Positions 13,377-24,513 of a DNA stretch of 53,212 nt are shown here, piece after piece; position 1 is the first letter of the stretch; each line of letters starts with the position of its first letter. The position numbers and the translations under genes are program-made. The notes under the pieces are model-generated. The model was given only the letters and a program-made list of their open reading frames with translations. It was not told where the DNA came from and made no database searches. The DNA is taken from contig CAUYUJ010000334.1 in NCBI GenBank assembly GCA_963575745.1, positions 62,001 through 115,212 of the forward strand, written 5' to 3'. The DNA comes from Prorocentrum cordatum (lineage: Eukaryota).

Positions 13377-14020
13377 GTACGATACGATACGACTCAGCCT
13401 GAATGGAGGTGTAACTCCCGCTGGATGGCAGAACTACCTGGGCAAGTGAAAGAGACAGCAGCGATGGAAGAGAGGCGGGCGTGGGCGCGCCTGAGCGCGA
13501 TCATCGTCGTGACGACCGTCCGAGCCTCCTCTTCAACCAGGCTGTGCGGCTGTCCTGCCACATCTCTGGGTCGGAGGCTAATTCCTGATAGTCTTGACTG
13601 ATCAGAAACTTAAATTGGCCCTCAAATCTCCAAGGTTTGAAAATGTGGCCGTGGCACTGGGAGCCAAAACGTGTTTTAACGTCCGCCAGATAGCGTTGAC
13701 CCCTCCACAGCAGGGCCAGGAGTGCAAGCCTGTCAGGGGCATACTTCTGGAACCTACACACGTGGCCACACCAGTCGAAAACACGGCACAAACAGACTAT
13801 ATCCCATCTCTGGAGACCTAACTTGTCTAGATAGTGGGCCCTCAGACGGTTGACATACGCCAGATGGTCCCCCAAGAAGTCCTCCTCGAAATCCTCGAAC
13901 TCGTCCAGCTTATCTGGGTCCACGTGGCCTGTCTCAGGAACCTCGGGGGCCTTCATCTGGTCATTGTTCGTCGTCATCGTCGTCGTCGTAGTCGGGGGCG
14001 GGCGGGTCGTTTTCGGGGGT

Positions 14021-14154
<134 letters not shown>

Positions 14155-14459
14155 GTGGTGGTGGTGGTGGTGTGGGGGGGGGGGGAGGGGGGGGGTGGGG
14201 GGGGCAGCTTGCGTTTAATAACACGTCTTTCCATAGCAATCTGGACGGCCCGAATTTTTCGAAGATGGTCTTGAGTAAGATGCAGGGTCCCGATGTTGTA
14301 GGTCAGGGCGGGGAGGACAACTTTGTGCAGCAATCTCAACCTATTGGAGATGGTGCCGCACTTCGTGGTCAGCAGCTTCTTATGGCGAGCAAAAGCACTC
14401 CAGGCGGCACGTATGCGCCTGTCCACTTCGACCGAAGCATTGTTATCGAAGGTAATCTG

Positions 14460-15545
14460 ATGGCCCAGGACCTTTATCCCCTGCTCTCTCGGAGTGAAAG
14501 GGATGTGAAAGACGGGGAGGGCGATATCCTCGGTTTTCTTCTGGCGCTTGGTGGGCCGAGGGGCCGCGGCGGACCTCTGGGGGCTGGGCTGGGCCCAGAC
14601 ATCATGCACGGCCAGTCGTGATTGGTGATCCTCAGACGCTGTCCACTGCATCTCATTCAAGTCCACCCACCAGCCTGCTAGCCGTACTAGATTATTCCAA
14701 GCATCAGTCATGAGGGTCACCATCGACGGCGTGAGACCTAGCAGCCAAAAGTTGTCGGCGAAGATGAGTAGCGGGACTCTTCGAATCTGCTGCGAATCCT
14801 CGCCCCTCCTGGTGTGCGCATAATACTCGAAGCCCAGCGGGCGTGCGTCTTCAAAATCCATACGGTAGCCCCAGCCCTTGGACTTGCAAATGGAGAGGAA
14901 GGGACGAATGAGAGTATGTTCCATAATGATGTTACACTTGCGAGGGCCGTCTGGGTCGCCCTGATATATCGATCGAGTCCGAGATATCGGCTGCGACGGA
15001 GGCAGGCGAGGAAGCGCGAGACGGCCTCGTCCGCGTCTAACTTCGCGGATCATGGCGGCGGTAATGACATCGGGCACCGAGGCGAGCTTGAAAGCGTGGC
15101 ACCAGACACCATGGTCAACACAGTCATAACATTTATATATATCACCAGAAACAATATGCAATGGTATCCGAAATTCGATAGCTTTCTCAACCAGGAGGCG
15201 AATAATAAAAATGACCTCGGCCGTCTGGTGCGCAGGGCGAAAGGCAAACTGGTTCGGCGACAGTGGCCGATCTGCAATGCGGCCTAGCTCGGACAGTATC
15301 TGCATATAAGCCTTCCATAGCACCGAGAGGACTGCAATGGGGCGCCATTTCTTAATGTGCAATGGATTGGTCATTTTCTCGATAAGATGAACATCGTGCT
15401 CGTCCCAGCCACAGGGCTCGTCCATCGATGGGTCATTCAGGAGTCTAAGTTCGAAGAGAGAGGCGAGGATCTCGAAGAAATCATCCGAGGCGTCCAGGAA
15501 CATTTCGACGACGAGTAACTCACTTCGGGGGCATGACTTGCCACG
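14460..15545 (-). other. Non-LTR reverse transcriptase domain
   Basis: WRPIAVLSVLWK, NQFAFRP, GDIYKCYDCVDH, IYQGDPDGP, LIFADNFWL, IKVLG. Confidence 0.93.
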
Positions 15546-16376
15546 TTTCATACGAAGGAAAACTTGCCGAACTCGAGCGCCAGAAAGTTGGACGAGGCCC
15601 TCGAGGGCCGAACGGTCCCAGCGTTTCTGGATCCAATCAGGGAGCTGCATGACGTTTTTGGACCGATGCAAATCTCCGAAGAAGGACTCGGCAAGGTCTA
15701 AGATCTCCTGGGGGTCCGTCGTCAGGACGCCTTGCTCGTTAAACATGGCCCCCTGCCAGGTCGGTGGCGGGACACTTCGGTCTGTGCGACCTTTGGGGAG
15801 AAGCCAGTCGCACTCGTACGCGAACTTAGTCTGCTGCAGCTGGCGGCGGATCATAGACTCAGCCGTGCAGTAAAAGTGTCGAAGCTGCTGCGTCGTGGCA
15901 GCTCGTCGGAGAGATCTGACGGCCTCGATGTGGGTACGGGTGATTTCGTCTTCTTCTTTCTCTGGCTTGGGGGGGGGTCTCCGGTTGCGTCGATGTCCGT
16001 GATCGGCGGCGGCGGTCGAAATGGCGTCAGCCAGAAAGCGTAACGAGGGAAGGGGGCGTCCATGGGCATCCGCACAGGGTCTGAAAGGTTCCTCATCGGG
16101 CTCCAGTGGGGGCGTCGCGGGGGCGGGGGCAGGGAGCGGAGAGGTGGCGTGTTCGGACCGACGGTGGCGGGGTCTCTTGCGGAGGGGGAGGCAGGCGGGG
16201 GGCGGGGTAGGGTCGGCCTCCAGCCGACGAGCGAAACACGGAGGAATCTTCCAGGTCGATTCTTCCCCAGGAGGCGGCGTCCAGGAATCCGTCAGCTTGC
16301 TCCAGGGTTCTCGCGGCCAGTAGGAAGGCGTGTAATGTCGCGCACTGATTCGGGCGGGGTGGTTGGACCGAGGGTC

Positions 16377-16895
16377 CGCTCCTTCCTTGGCCAGTAGGTC
16401 GACCGCCGTGCTTCCTCTATCTTGAGAGTGACCTTTGCGCCACTCTGGCAGGCGCACCTGATAGCGCCTGCAAACGTCCTGCCACAGCGCCAGCATGACG
16501 GACACCAGATTCAAATTAGATCGAGGCCGCCATCGTCCCCAGATTATCTGTTGGCAATATCGAGAGTCGAAGATCATCTCGATTTTGGCCTGAGGGGGGA
16601 TCGCCCTGACGTTGTCGGGGAGGGAGTCCTGGAAAATCAGCCACAGAAAGGCCTCAATGGGTGCCGTCAACTCTGCCGTGTTGTTCGACTCTCTACACGC
16701 TCCCACAAAGAGTGGGTCTTCAGGGCCAGTGCATGCTGGTCCACATGCTGAGGCTAAAGGAGAGGGGCCTGCCGTCGGAGACGCCGAAGAAAAAAAGTGC
16801 AAAGCCCCAACCAGCACATCCTCGGAGGTGGTCGCGCGCACGCTTCCGATACCTAGGTAGTGTGTCGTAGAAAGAGCCATCCAGGAAGAGTCCGA
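16377..16895 (-). other. RNase HI-type domain of LINE ORF2, upstream of RT
   Basis: LFLDGS...AGWGF, (frameshift), SNNTAEL, IFDSRY, WRKGH, AVDLLAKEG: the D-E-D-D acidic tetrad and His loop are present. Confidence 0.85.
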
Positions 16896-17069
16896 AAGCC
16901 TCGCCGTCCCGAAAGAAACAGTGTACAGTACGATCGACCTCGAGGGCGTCGTCGAGAGCGTTTCGATAAGCCGTGATATCCGAACAAGTCCAGTTTATTG
17001 GTTTGGGAGGCGGAGGAGGGGAAGCCGCTGTCAGAGTCCAGTTACTGCTAGGATCGCGCACCCGCAGAC

Positions 17070-17825
17070 GTAGATGTAGGGGGAGATGATCAGAGGTGGT
17101 AGCAGTAGAGAAATCTACCGTGCAACTGACCGTGCCCGTAGGGAAGTGCCGTGTGAGAACGTAGTCTATCTGCTTGGGGTCTCTACGCTGTCCAGGATCA
17201 GGAATATGTGTGTGAACACCGTACTTACACCAATGGTATGTATTTCCGCCCGAAGATCTAGATCGCACATGGTAATGAATAACTCCTTGGCCTTCCAAAC
17301 TAACTTATCCAGAACAGGGGGTTCACCGGGAGAACGAGTATAGGGACCTATATGCTCAGCAAAGAGATCGGAGTCAGCGACCGAACCGAGGTGGGCGTTA
17401 GCATCAACGCCGATAATAACCTTAGTCTCATTCGGGACTGAGAGAACGTGCTGACGAATCTCGCGCAGGCTCTCCATCAAAAGAGCCCTATCCTTTGACG
17501 GGTGCAGATGGGCGGAGCCCACCAAGACACGATTGAATTCTGGATGCTCGCACAACGCGCCGACGTAGCGGGTGCCCTGGACCACGCTCAAAATCTTCCA
17601 GCCACAGTCTCGATGGACAATGATCGCATTCTGCCTGTCCTTGCCACTTGGGGGGGCCACAATAAGGCGATGTCCTTCGATCTGCTCTGGAGGTTCTGCT
17701 CGGCGAAGGGCGAGGCATTCCTGTAAAAGCAACATGCGCCATGGGAATTCTCTCTCGAGGTCGCGTAGAAAAATTGGCAGCCCCTTCAGCGAGATCATTC
17801 TGACATTCCAAGAAAGAATACAGGA
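17070..17825 (-). other. APE-type endonuclease domain of LINE ORF2
   Basis: Motifs ILSWNV, LLLQE, NAIIVH, SAHLHP, IIGVDANA, QIDYVL, SDHLPL in canonical order, across one frameshift. Confidence 0.9.
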
Positions 17826-17879
17826 ATGGTCGACTAATCGTCGCTGTCGCCATCTACGCATAGCAAGAGAAGTGCCGCC

Positions 17880-19010
17880 TCAGGGATCCGCCACAGCGTG
17901 GATCTCACCGAGGTGTGTCTGGAGCTTGAGGTCGATGTTCAGGTCCTGCAGCAACGCGTTCGCGGAGGGCGGGATCTTCATCTTGTGGGTGGTCCTGTCG
18001 CAATCGTACACTTTGATGGGGCCTCCCTGGTGGGCGTTCCCTGGCAGCGACACCGGCAGGAAGATGACCTCCCCCCTGTCGTTCTTGATATCGAAGGCTG
18101 CGTCCCAGTTGTGCTGCGGGCTGTTCGGGAAGATGGCTGCCAGGACTGGTTTGAGCTCCGCCGCGGCCTTTACCTGCTGCTTGCTCACGCCGATCTCCCA
18201 GCCGACTTTGTCGATGTTGTGCCAAAGAGCCGTGCGACCTGCCTGGCGAAGGGAGCCACCAGTGAACTTTCTGCCTTTCATCTTCTTGAAACATACCCAC
18301 ATCTGGTCTGAGCTGTAGAAATGTACTTTTACACGTTCACCATAAGAACCAGTACCCACGACGCGCTCGTAGAGGATGTTCTCCCTGTCGAGCTCGGACT
18401 TGATCTGTGCCACCAGCTTGTCGCTAGCGTCGTATTTGAAACCACCAGCACATATAGTTTTTCGTCTACCCATGGGAATGAACACTGCTGTGGATGCTGC
18501 CGAGATAGCCGCCGAGAGCGTCGTAGGCAATGGTGTGTGCACTCCAGAGGCTGGGGTAGCTCCTCCGCCTCTCTGCTGCTGTCCACTCTCGTAGGCGTCC
18601 ATGCGAGCCTCTAGGGCCTGCTGGCGGGAGCTGAGGGAACGGACCTCCACGGAGACCGACGTGACGTTCTTTTGAATCTCCTCGATTTTCACCGTCTGTA
18701 CCTCAGTGGCGTCCTTGATCATGCCACCCATGGCACGAAGGAGACGGGCTTGACCCTCACCAAGGCCTTCTTGCACTGCATGACGGGAGGCTGCGGCAGC
18801 TGCGTCGAAAGGGGCGGAGAGCCGAGGCCTCTGCGCGGGGGGAGCGCCGAAGATGTCTCCGTCAATACCTATCGGCTCCATTGGATGATCACCACCACCA
18901 CCACCAAACATTGCGGGCGACACTGGTTTGGTCAGGATGCAAAGGAGAGGGGCGATGCTCGCCAGTCGGATGCACTGGGAGCGGGTCAAAAGCGCGCGAC
19001 CCCTCGTCAT
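17880..19010 (-). CDS. LINE ORF1 protein (coiled coil plus putative RRM-like region)
   Basis: Intact 376-aa ORF ending 18 nt before the ORF2 ATG. Heptad-like segment VKIEEIQKNVTSVSVEVRSLSSRQQALEARMDAYES, then KTICAGGF...VKVHFYSSDQMW, resembling an ORF1 RRM. Alternative ATG at 18911. Confidence 0.72.
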   Translation of the reverse strand: MTRGRALLTRSQCIRLASIAPLLCILTKPVSPAMFGGGGGDHPMEPIGIDGDIFGAPPAQRPRLSAPFDAAAAASRHAVQEGLGEGQARLLRAMGGMIKDATEVQTVKIEEIQKNVTSVSVEVRSLSSRQQALEARMDAYESGQQQRGGGATPASGVHTPLPTTLSAAISAASTAVFIPMGRRKTICAGGFKYDASDKLVAQIKSELDRENILYERVVGTGSYGERVKVHFYSSDQMWVCFKKMKGRKFTGGSLRQAGRTALWHNIDKVGWEIGVSKQQVKAAAELKPVLAAIFPNSPQHNWDAAFDIKNDRGEVIFLPVSLPGNAHQGGPIKVYDCDRTTHKMKIPPSANALLQDLNIDLKLQTHLGEIHAVADP

Positions 19011-19036
19011 TCAGGGCCTATCCTGAAGCACAATTG

Positions 19037-19051
19037 CTTGAGCCAAAATGG
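19037..19051 (-). other. Relict dinoflagellate spliced leader (15 nt) at LINE 5' end
   Basis: Plus strand CTTGAGCCAAAATGG is the reverse complement of CCATTTTGGCTCAAG, the exact 3' 15 nt of DinoSL, 26 nt upstream of the ORF1 ATG. Confidence 0.92.
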
Positions 19052-19099
19052 ATGGATGGATGATGATGATGATGAGGAGGAGGAGGAGGAGGAGGAGGA

Positions 19100-19199
19100 N
19101 NNNNNNNNNNNNNNNNNNNNNNNNNNNNNNNNNNNNNNNNNNNNNNNNNNNNNNNNNNNNNNNNNNNNNNNNNNNNNNNNNNNNNNNNNNNNNNNNNNN
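19100..19199. other. Assembly gap (100 N)
   Basis: Run of N between (GAG)n and (GTA)n tracts. Confidence 1.
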
Positions 19200-19248
<49 letters not shown>

Positions 19249-19249
19249 C

Positions 19250-19320
<71 letters not shown>

Positions 19321-19379
19321 TTATTATTATTATTATTATTAGTAGTAGTAGTAGTAGTAGTAGTTTAGTAGTAGTAGTT

Positions 19380-19469
<90 letters not shown>

Positions 19470-19477
19470 TCGTAGTC

Positions 19478-19528
<51 letters not shown>

Positions 19529-20083
19529 CTACTCATACTACTAAGAATACTGTTGCTAATATTAATAGTACTACTACATAAAACTACTAAGACAACTATT
19601 ACTATCAACATGCATAGCATGCATACTGCACATAATACAGCAATGATAATGCTACCACTAATATTACAACCAATGATACTAATAAACAAACATCGCAGTA
19701 CTAACATTGCTATGACAAATATTATTAATAACAATACGTATACACATACCAATAACAATGATACGCATAATCGTAAGAAGAAAAGGAGGGCGACGGCGAC
19801 GAGGAGGCGATGACGAGGACGACGTGGAGAGCGTGAGGATGGCGAGGAGGAGCGCGAGAGCAACGAGGAGGAAGAGAAGGTCAAGGACGGGGGCGAAGAG
19901 GATGCGGCGGCACAGAGCTGAGACACAAAAATCCGCCGACCGCGGCGGCCCGCCTCCTTCGCGGAGACGACGCGGGCCTGCCCGTGGCCCTCCGCGGTCC
20001 GCGCCGCGGGCCGCGCCGCGGCCGCGGCAGGGCGGCACCGTGGTGGATGCGGCCCGGGGGGGGGCGGCGGGGGACAGGAAGCC

Positions 20084-20247
20084 TGAGGTCGGGCATGTCC
20101 TCCTACAGGCGGATGTTGGGAGACAACTGAAACATGGTCAGAACATACAAGCACAAGCAGCCCCAAAAATAGGAGAAACATCGCCCCAAGGCTTTTCTTG
20201 GACTGCTTCTGGAGTGTGCCTCCTGTAGAGGGACGTGCCCGAGCTAC
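20084..20247 (+). mobile_element. MITE family A copy
   Basis: Both TIRs; exact TSD AGGAAGCC. Confidence 0.85.
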
Positions 20248-20764
20248 AGGAAGCCGTCTAAGACGGAGCCAGGACGAGGATCAATGCGGGAGAGGATAGG
20301 TCGAGAGTTCTCAGATTCGGCGGCTCTGGAGGATGTCTCTGGCGCCGCGGCCTTCTCAGAGCGTTTCAGACCGCTCTGAGAGCATTCCGGAACGCTCTGG
20401 AACAAATTTATCCTCGTCCCAGCCCCGTCCGACCGTCAGACCCAGATCCAGCCAAGCCCCAGCCTTGAAAATGATTCGGGATCTTCTATGCCAGGAGCTG
20501 CCAGAGAGGCCTCAACAGCAACTGTGGCCTGTCTTTGAGGTGCACGGGCAGCCTGCTCCCTCACCACGCTTGCACGCAGGGGCTCTTACACGCTACTCGA
20601 GGCATTTTGTTTCATGTTGTTTGGGCGTGACAGGTTTTCGGCTCGTGCCAGATTGGTGGGCGCACGTGGGCGCACGGCATAAACATACACTTTTCGCGGT
20701 CCGCGCGGATTTCTTGCATCTGCGCCGAACCCCGCGCGGAGCGCACCAGAGGCGGCGCCGGAGG

Positions 20765-20873
20765 CAAACAAATACGGCAAACATGGTCAAAAATAGTAGA
20801 AGCATCGTCCCCATACTATTCTTTGACTGTATTTGAAGAATATTCCTCCTGTAGAGGGGCAGGCCCGATTTAA
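20765..20873 (+). mobile_element. MITE family A, right half only
   Basis: CATCGTCCCCATACTATT...AATATTCCTCCTGTAGAGGGGCAGGCCCGATTTAA. Confidence 0.7.
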
Positions 20874-21000
20874 GTCAAGAGGGGGGTGTCCAAGGGGGGG
20901 AGGGGGGGGGCAAATCGTGGCCGGCGGCCGATGCGCGGCCCTAGGGGGGTGGACAGGGACGTATGGAAACGAGACGAGGCGCCACGCAATCTGGGGAGAT

Positions 21001-21199
21001 CTTAGCTGCCCCGATGCGCAACACGCAACCCGTAGCGTATTGATACGGAGCTCACCACGCGGACTGGAAACGCAGGTCTGACGCGATACGTTCGCTAAAG
21101 CGTGGTCCAAGACGTTGAGCCGACACGCAACGTGTTGACACGGACGTCTGGAGCACGGTACGGTTTGCGTATCAAGACGGGCGTATCGAGGCAGCCAAG
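21001..21199. mobile_element. MITE with CTT...AAG termini and 8-bp TSD
   Basis: TIR CTTAGCTGCCCCGATGCGC / GCGTATCGAGGCAGCCAAG; TSD GGGGAGAT/GGGGAGAC; interrupts a copy of the 43068 family; partial relative at ~50481-50620. Confidence 0.75.
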
Positions 21200-21519
21200 G
21201 GGGAGACATCATGGCCCCCGCCATGCCATCCCCCCCCCCTCTTCCCAGACCCCCTCGCGCCGTGCAGAAATCATGACGGGAGGCTCTTCGCCACCTTCGG
21301 CCTCCTGGGGCCCCCCACTGGGCCTCGGGACCGCCCAAGAACGACTCGGGATGAAAAACCTTGCCCCTGGGAAGGGGCCGCGACCTCTGGGGGCCGACGC
21401 CATGAACAAAAATATCACGACGTCTGGGGTCTGGGCTCGTCGCCCCCCGATCCCGAGGGGCAAGTCGAGCAAGAGCGGGCCGGCCTCTGTGCGCGCCTGC
21501 CAGGGGCCCCCCTCTGGGC

Positions 21520-21676
21520 TTCTGTCGGGCATGCCCCCCCGGGTGGAAAAATGAAAGATACCCCAACAAACATACCCCAAATGTGCCAACACACACATAC
21601 TAAAAAGATCGTCCTCGTATTATTTTTTTTGACAATCTTGGCATGTTCCCCCTGTCGAGGGACACGCCCGACTGCG
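21520..21676 (+). mobile_element. MITE family A copy
   Basis: Degenerate TIRs; exact TSD CTCTGGGC. Confidence 0.8.
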
Positions 21677-21981
21677 CTCTGGGCGCCCGCGCGCGGCGCC
21701 CCCCGGCGCGCCGCCGCCATCGGGGCAGGGGGGGGGGGGCGGGGCGGGGGCGTAGCTCCGAGGCAGGGCCGCGGGGGCGCGGGGCCGGGCGCGTCGGAGC
21801 TCCCGTCGGCGAGGCGAGGCGGTCGAGCGAGGGGGGGCGCGGAGCCGGAGGCTCAAAGGCTCGGCGGCGAACGAGGGGGGGAAGTGTGAGGAGGAGAGAG
21901 CTCTCTCAGAGGCGAGGAGGAGAGGCGGCGGGGACTTTTCGGAACTCCGACGGCCTTCTGAAGAGCTTTCTGTGTCTTCGG

Positions 21982-22047
21982 TCAGGCCGGGCATGTCCCC
22001 CTACAGGCGGATTTTGGGCGAAAATGCAGAACAGTCAAACAATATAT
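21982..22047 (+). mobile_element. MITE family A, left half only
   Basis: TCAGGCCGGGCATGTCCCCCTACAGGCGGATTTTGGGCG running into a (CCT)n tract. Confidence 0.7.
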
Positions 22048-22841
22048 CCTCCCTCCTCCCTCCTCCCTCCTCCCTCCTCCTCCTCCTCCTCCTCCTCCTC
22101 CCCTCCCCTCCTCCTCCTCCTCCTCCTCCTCCTCCTCTCCTCCTCCTCCTCCTCCTCCTCCTCCTCCTCCTCCTCCTCCTCCTCCTCCCTCTCCTCCTCC
22201 CTCTACTCCTCCCTCCTCCGCCTCCCTCCTCCTCCTCCTCCTTTTTCCACGGCGCGATGACGTCTGGGGAAGGAGCAGCTCCTGGGTGCCCGGGCTGCAG
22301 AAGAAGCGACAGGGCGCAGGGCAGGATCGGTCAGCATCGGACCTGGAGCTCGGACCCCATCGAACTGTGCGTCGCATCGGCCCGTACTTGGCGGCGCGAA
22401 AGGGGGGGCACCGGGGGAGGGGGGAGAGCTTCTTGGAAGCACCCTGCTTCTCAGAAGGCCCTGGCCTCACATCTAGAGATGGAGATGAGGCCAGCGCCCG
22501 CTGAGAAGCGGGGGTGCTTCTCATAAGCCTGCCCCCCTCCCCCTACCTGCGCGTGGCCGACCAAAAACGTCCCGAACCCTCGGCCCCAGACGTGCGCCGG
22601 TCCGACGCTTCAATGCGCGGCCCTGGAGCTGTCGAGCCCTTCCCTCGAGGCCGAATTCTGGGGAACAACGCCCGGATTGCGGCGGCGAGCGAGGGGGGGA
22701 ACTGAGAAGGAGAAGGCCTCCTCAGAAGGCGGCGGGGCTTCTCAGAGGCCATCGCGCCTGCAGAGATTCGTTTTTGTCCTCGGAGAAGGCTCAGACAACT
22801 TCTCGGAATGCCGGGGGACTTCCGAACCTTCTGAGATAGCC

Positions 22842-23226
22842 TTGGGCTGGGCATGTCCTCCTACAGGCGGCTTTGGAAGAAAACTGAACAATAGTCAGAG
22901 CATGCCCCCAAATAGTCGAAGCCAGTCGAAAAATCATGCCCGGACAATTTTTGGACTATTCTTGAACTTCCCTCCTTTAGGTTTGAGTCCCGAAACGGTG
23001 CGGTGACAGACAGTGCGGTGACCTCGAAATCCCACAAGACCTCACCGCACGGTCCGTCACCGCACGGACTTGGGACCCCGGAGGCCCCTGTCGCCCGAGA
23101 CATCCTCGGAGAACGACCCGAGTCCCAAAACCGTGCGGTGACCCCGAAGCCCCACCGACTCCCCGCACGGTGCGGTCACCACCCCTTTCGGGGACCCCCG
23201 AGTAGAGAGACAGAGACCCGACGTAA
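22842..23226 (+). mobile_element. MITE family A copy with nested insertion in its right TIR
   Basis: Exact TSD AGATAGCC (22834-22841 and 23227-23234); right TIR split by 22982-23201. Confidence 0.8.
22982..23201. mobile_element. Degenerate MITE ending in CCCCCGA, nested in family A copy
   Basis: Imperfect TIR GTCCCGAAACGGTGCGGTGAC / GTCACCACCCCTTTCGGGGACCCCCGA; internal GCGGTGAC/GTCACCGC motifs; decayed 5-bp TSD. Confidence 0.55.
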
Positions 23227-23761
23227 AGATAGCCTCCTCCTCCTCACTTCCCCCCCCCCCCGCTCGCCGCCGAGGATGGGGCACTTTTTTTAAGCCTGCG
23301 GGGCGAGAGCGAACCTCTTCCGCTGAAAGCTGAGCGGGACGCGCACGCGCACTGTCCCCCCCCCCCTCGCTCGCCGCCGCGGATTGGAAACCAACCCTAC
23401 CGTCGGAGGCCCGAGACCCTCGACCCCCCTCGAACTCCCTCCTCCCTCCTCCTCCTCCTCTCTCCTCCTCCTCCTCTCCTCCTCCTCCTTCCTCCTCCTC
23501 CCTCCTCCTCCTCCTCCTCCCCTCCTCCTCCCCCTCCTCCTCCTCCTCCTCCTCCTCCCCCTCCTCCTCCTCCTCCTCCCCCTCGCTCGCCGCCGCGGAC
23601 TGGAAACCAACCACACCGTCGGAGGCCCGAGAGGCCCTCGACCGTCCCCTCGACCCGCGGCGCCCCCTCGGGCGGGAGGCCTCTCGCTGGCCTCTCTTCT
23701 CGTTCGTAAGCCCCGGCAACGACGGGGCCTTTTTTTGTTGCCGGCTCCGCTCGGCAGCCTT

Positions 23762-23777
23762 TTTGTGTTGCTGTTGT

Positions 23778-23811
<34 letters not shown>

Positions 23812-24513
23812 CTTGTTCTGGTTCTTGTTGTTCTTGTTGTTCTTGTTGTTGTTGTTGTTATTGTTCTTGTTGTTGTTGTTGTTGTTGTTGTTCTTGTTCT
23901 TGTTGTGGTTGTGGTTGTCGTTGTTGTTGTTGTTGTGGTTGTGGTTGTGGTTGTGGTTGTGGTTGTGGTTGTGTTTGTTGTTGTTGTTGTTGTGGTTGTG
24001 GTTGTGGTTGTGTTTGTTGTGGTTGTGGTTGTGGTTGTGGTTGTGGTTGTTGTTGTTGTTATTGTTATTGCTGTTCTTGTTCTTGTTCTTGTTGTTGTTG
24101 TTCTTGTTCTTGTTCTTGTTGTGGTTGTCGTTGTTGTTGTTGTCGTTGTTGTTGTGTTTGTTGTTGTTGTTGTTCTTGTTCTTGTTGTTGTTGTTGTGTT
24201 TGTTGTTGTTGTTGTTGTTATTGTTCTTGTTGTTGTTGTTGTGGTTGTGGTTGTGGTTGTGGTTGTTGTGGTTGTGGTTGTGGTTGTGGTTGTGTTTGTT
24301 GTTGTTGTGGTTGTGGTTGTGTTTGTTGTGGTTGTGGTTGTGGTTGTGGTTGTGGTTGTTGTTGTTGTTGTTGTTGTTGCTGCTGTTATTGTTATTGCTG
24401 TTCTTGTTATTGTTCTTGTTGCTGTTGTTATTGTTCTTGTTGTGGTTGTTGTTGTTGTGGTTGTGGTTGTGGTTGTGGTTGTGTTTGTTGTTGTTCTTGT
24501 TCTTGTTGTTGTT
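23762..24513. repeat. Compound (GTT)n/(GTGGTT)n microsatellite, the largest of many
   Basis: Direct reading; similar tracts at 940-1293, 2056-2113, 3153-3519 and 25670-25752. Confidence 0.95.

Noticed and set aside
19037..19051. SL RNA gene
   Set aside because: It lacks the 5' DCCGTAG and is followed by CAATTG rather than the GT donor and SL intron, so it is a relic.
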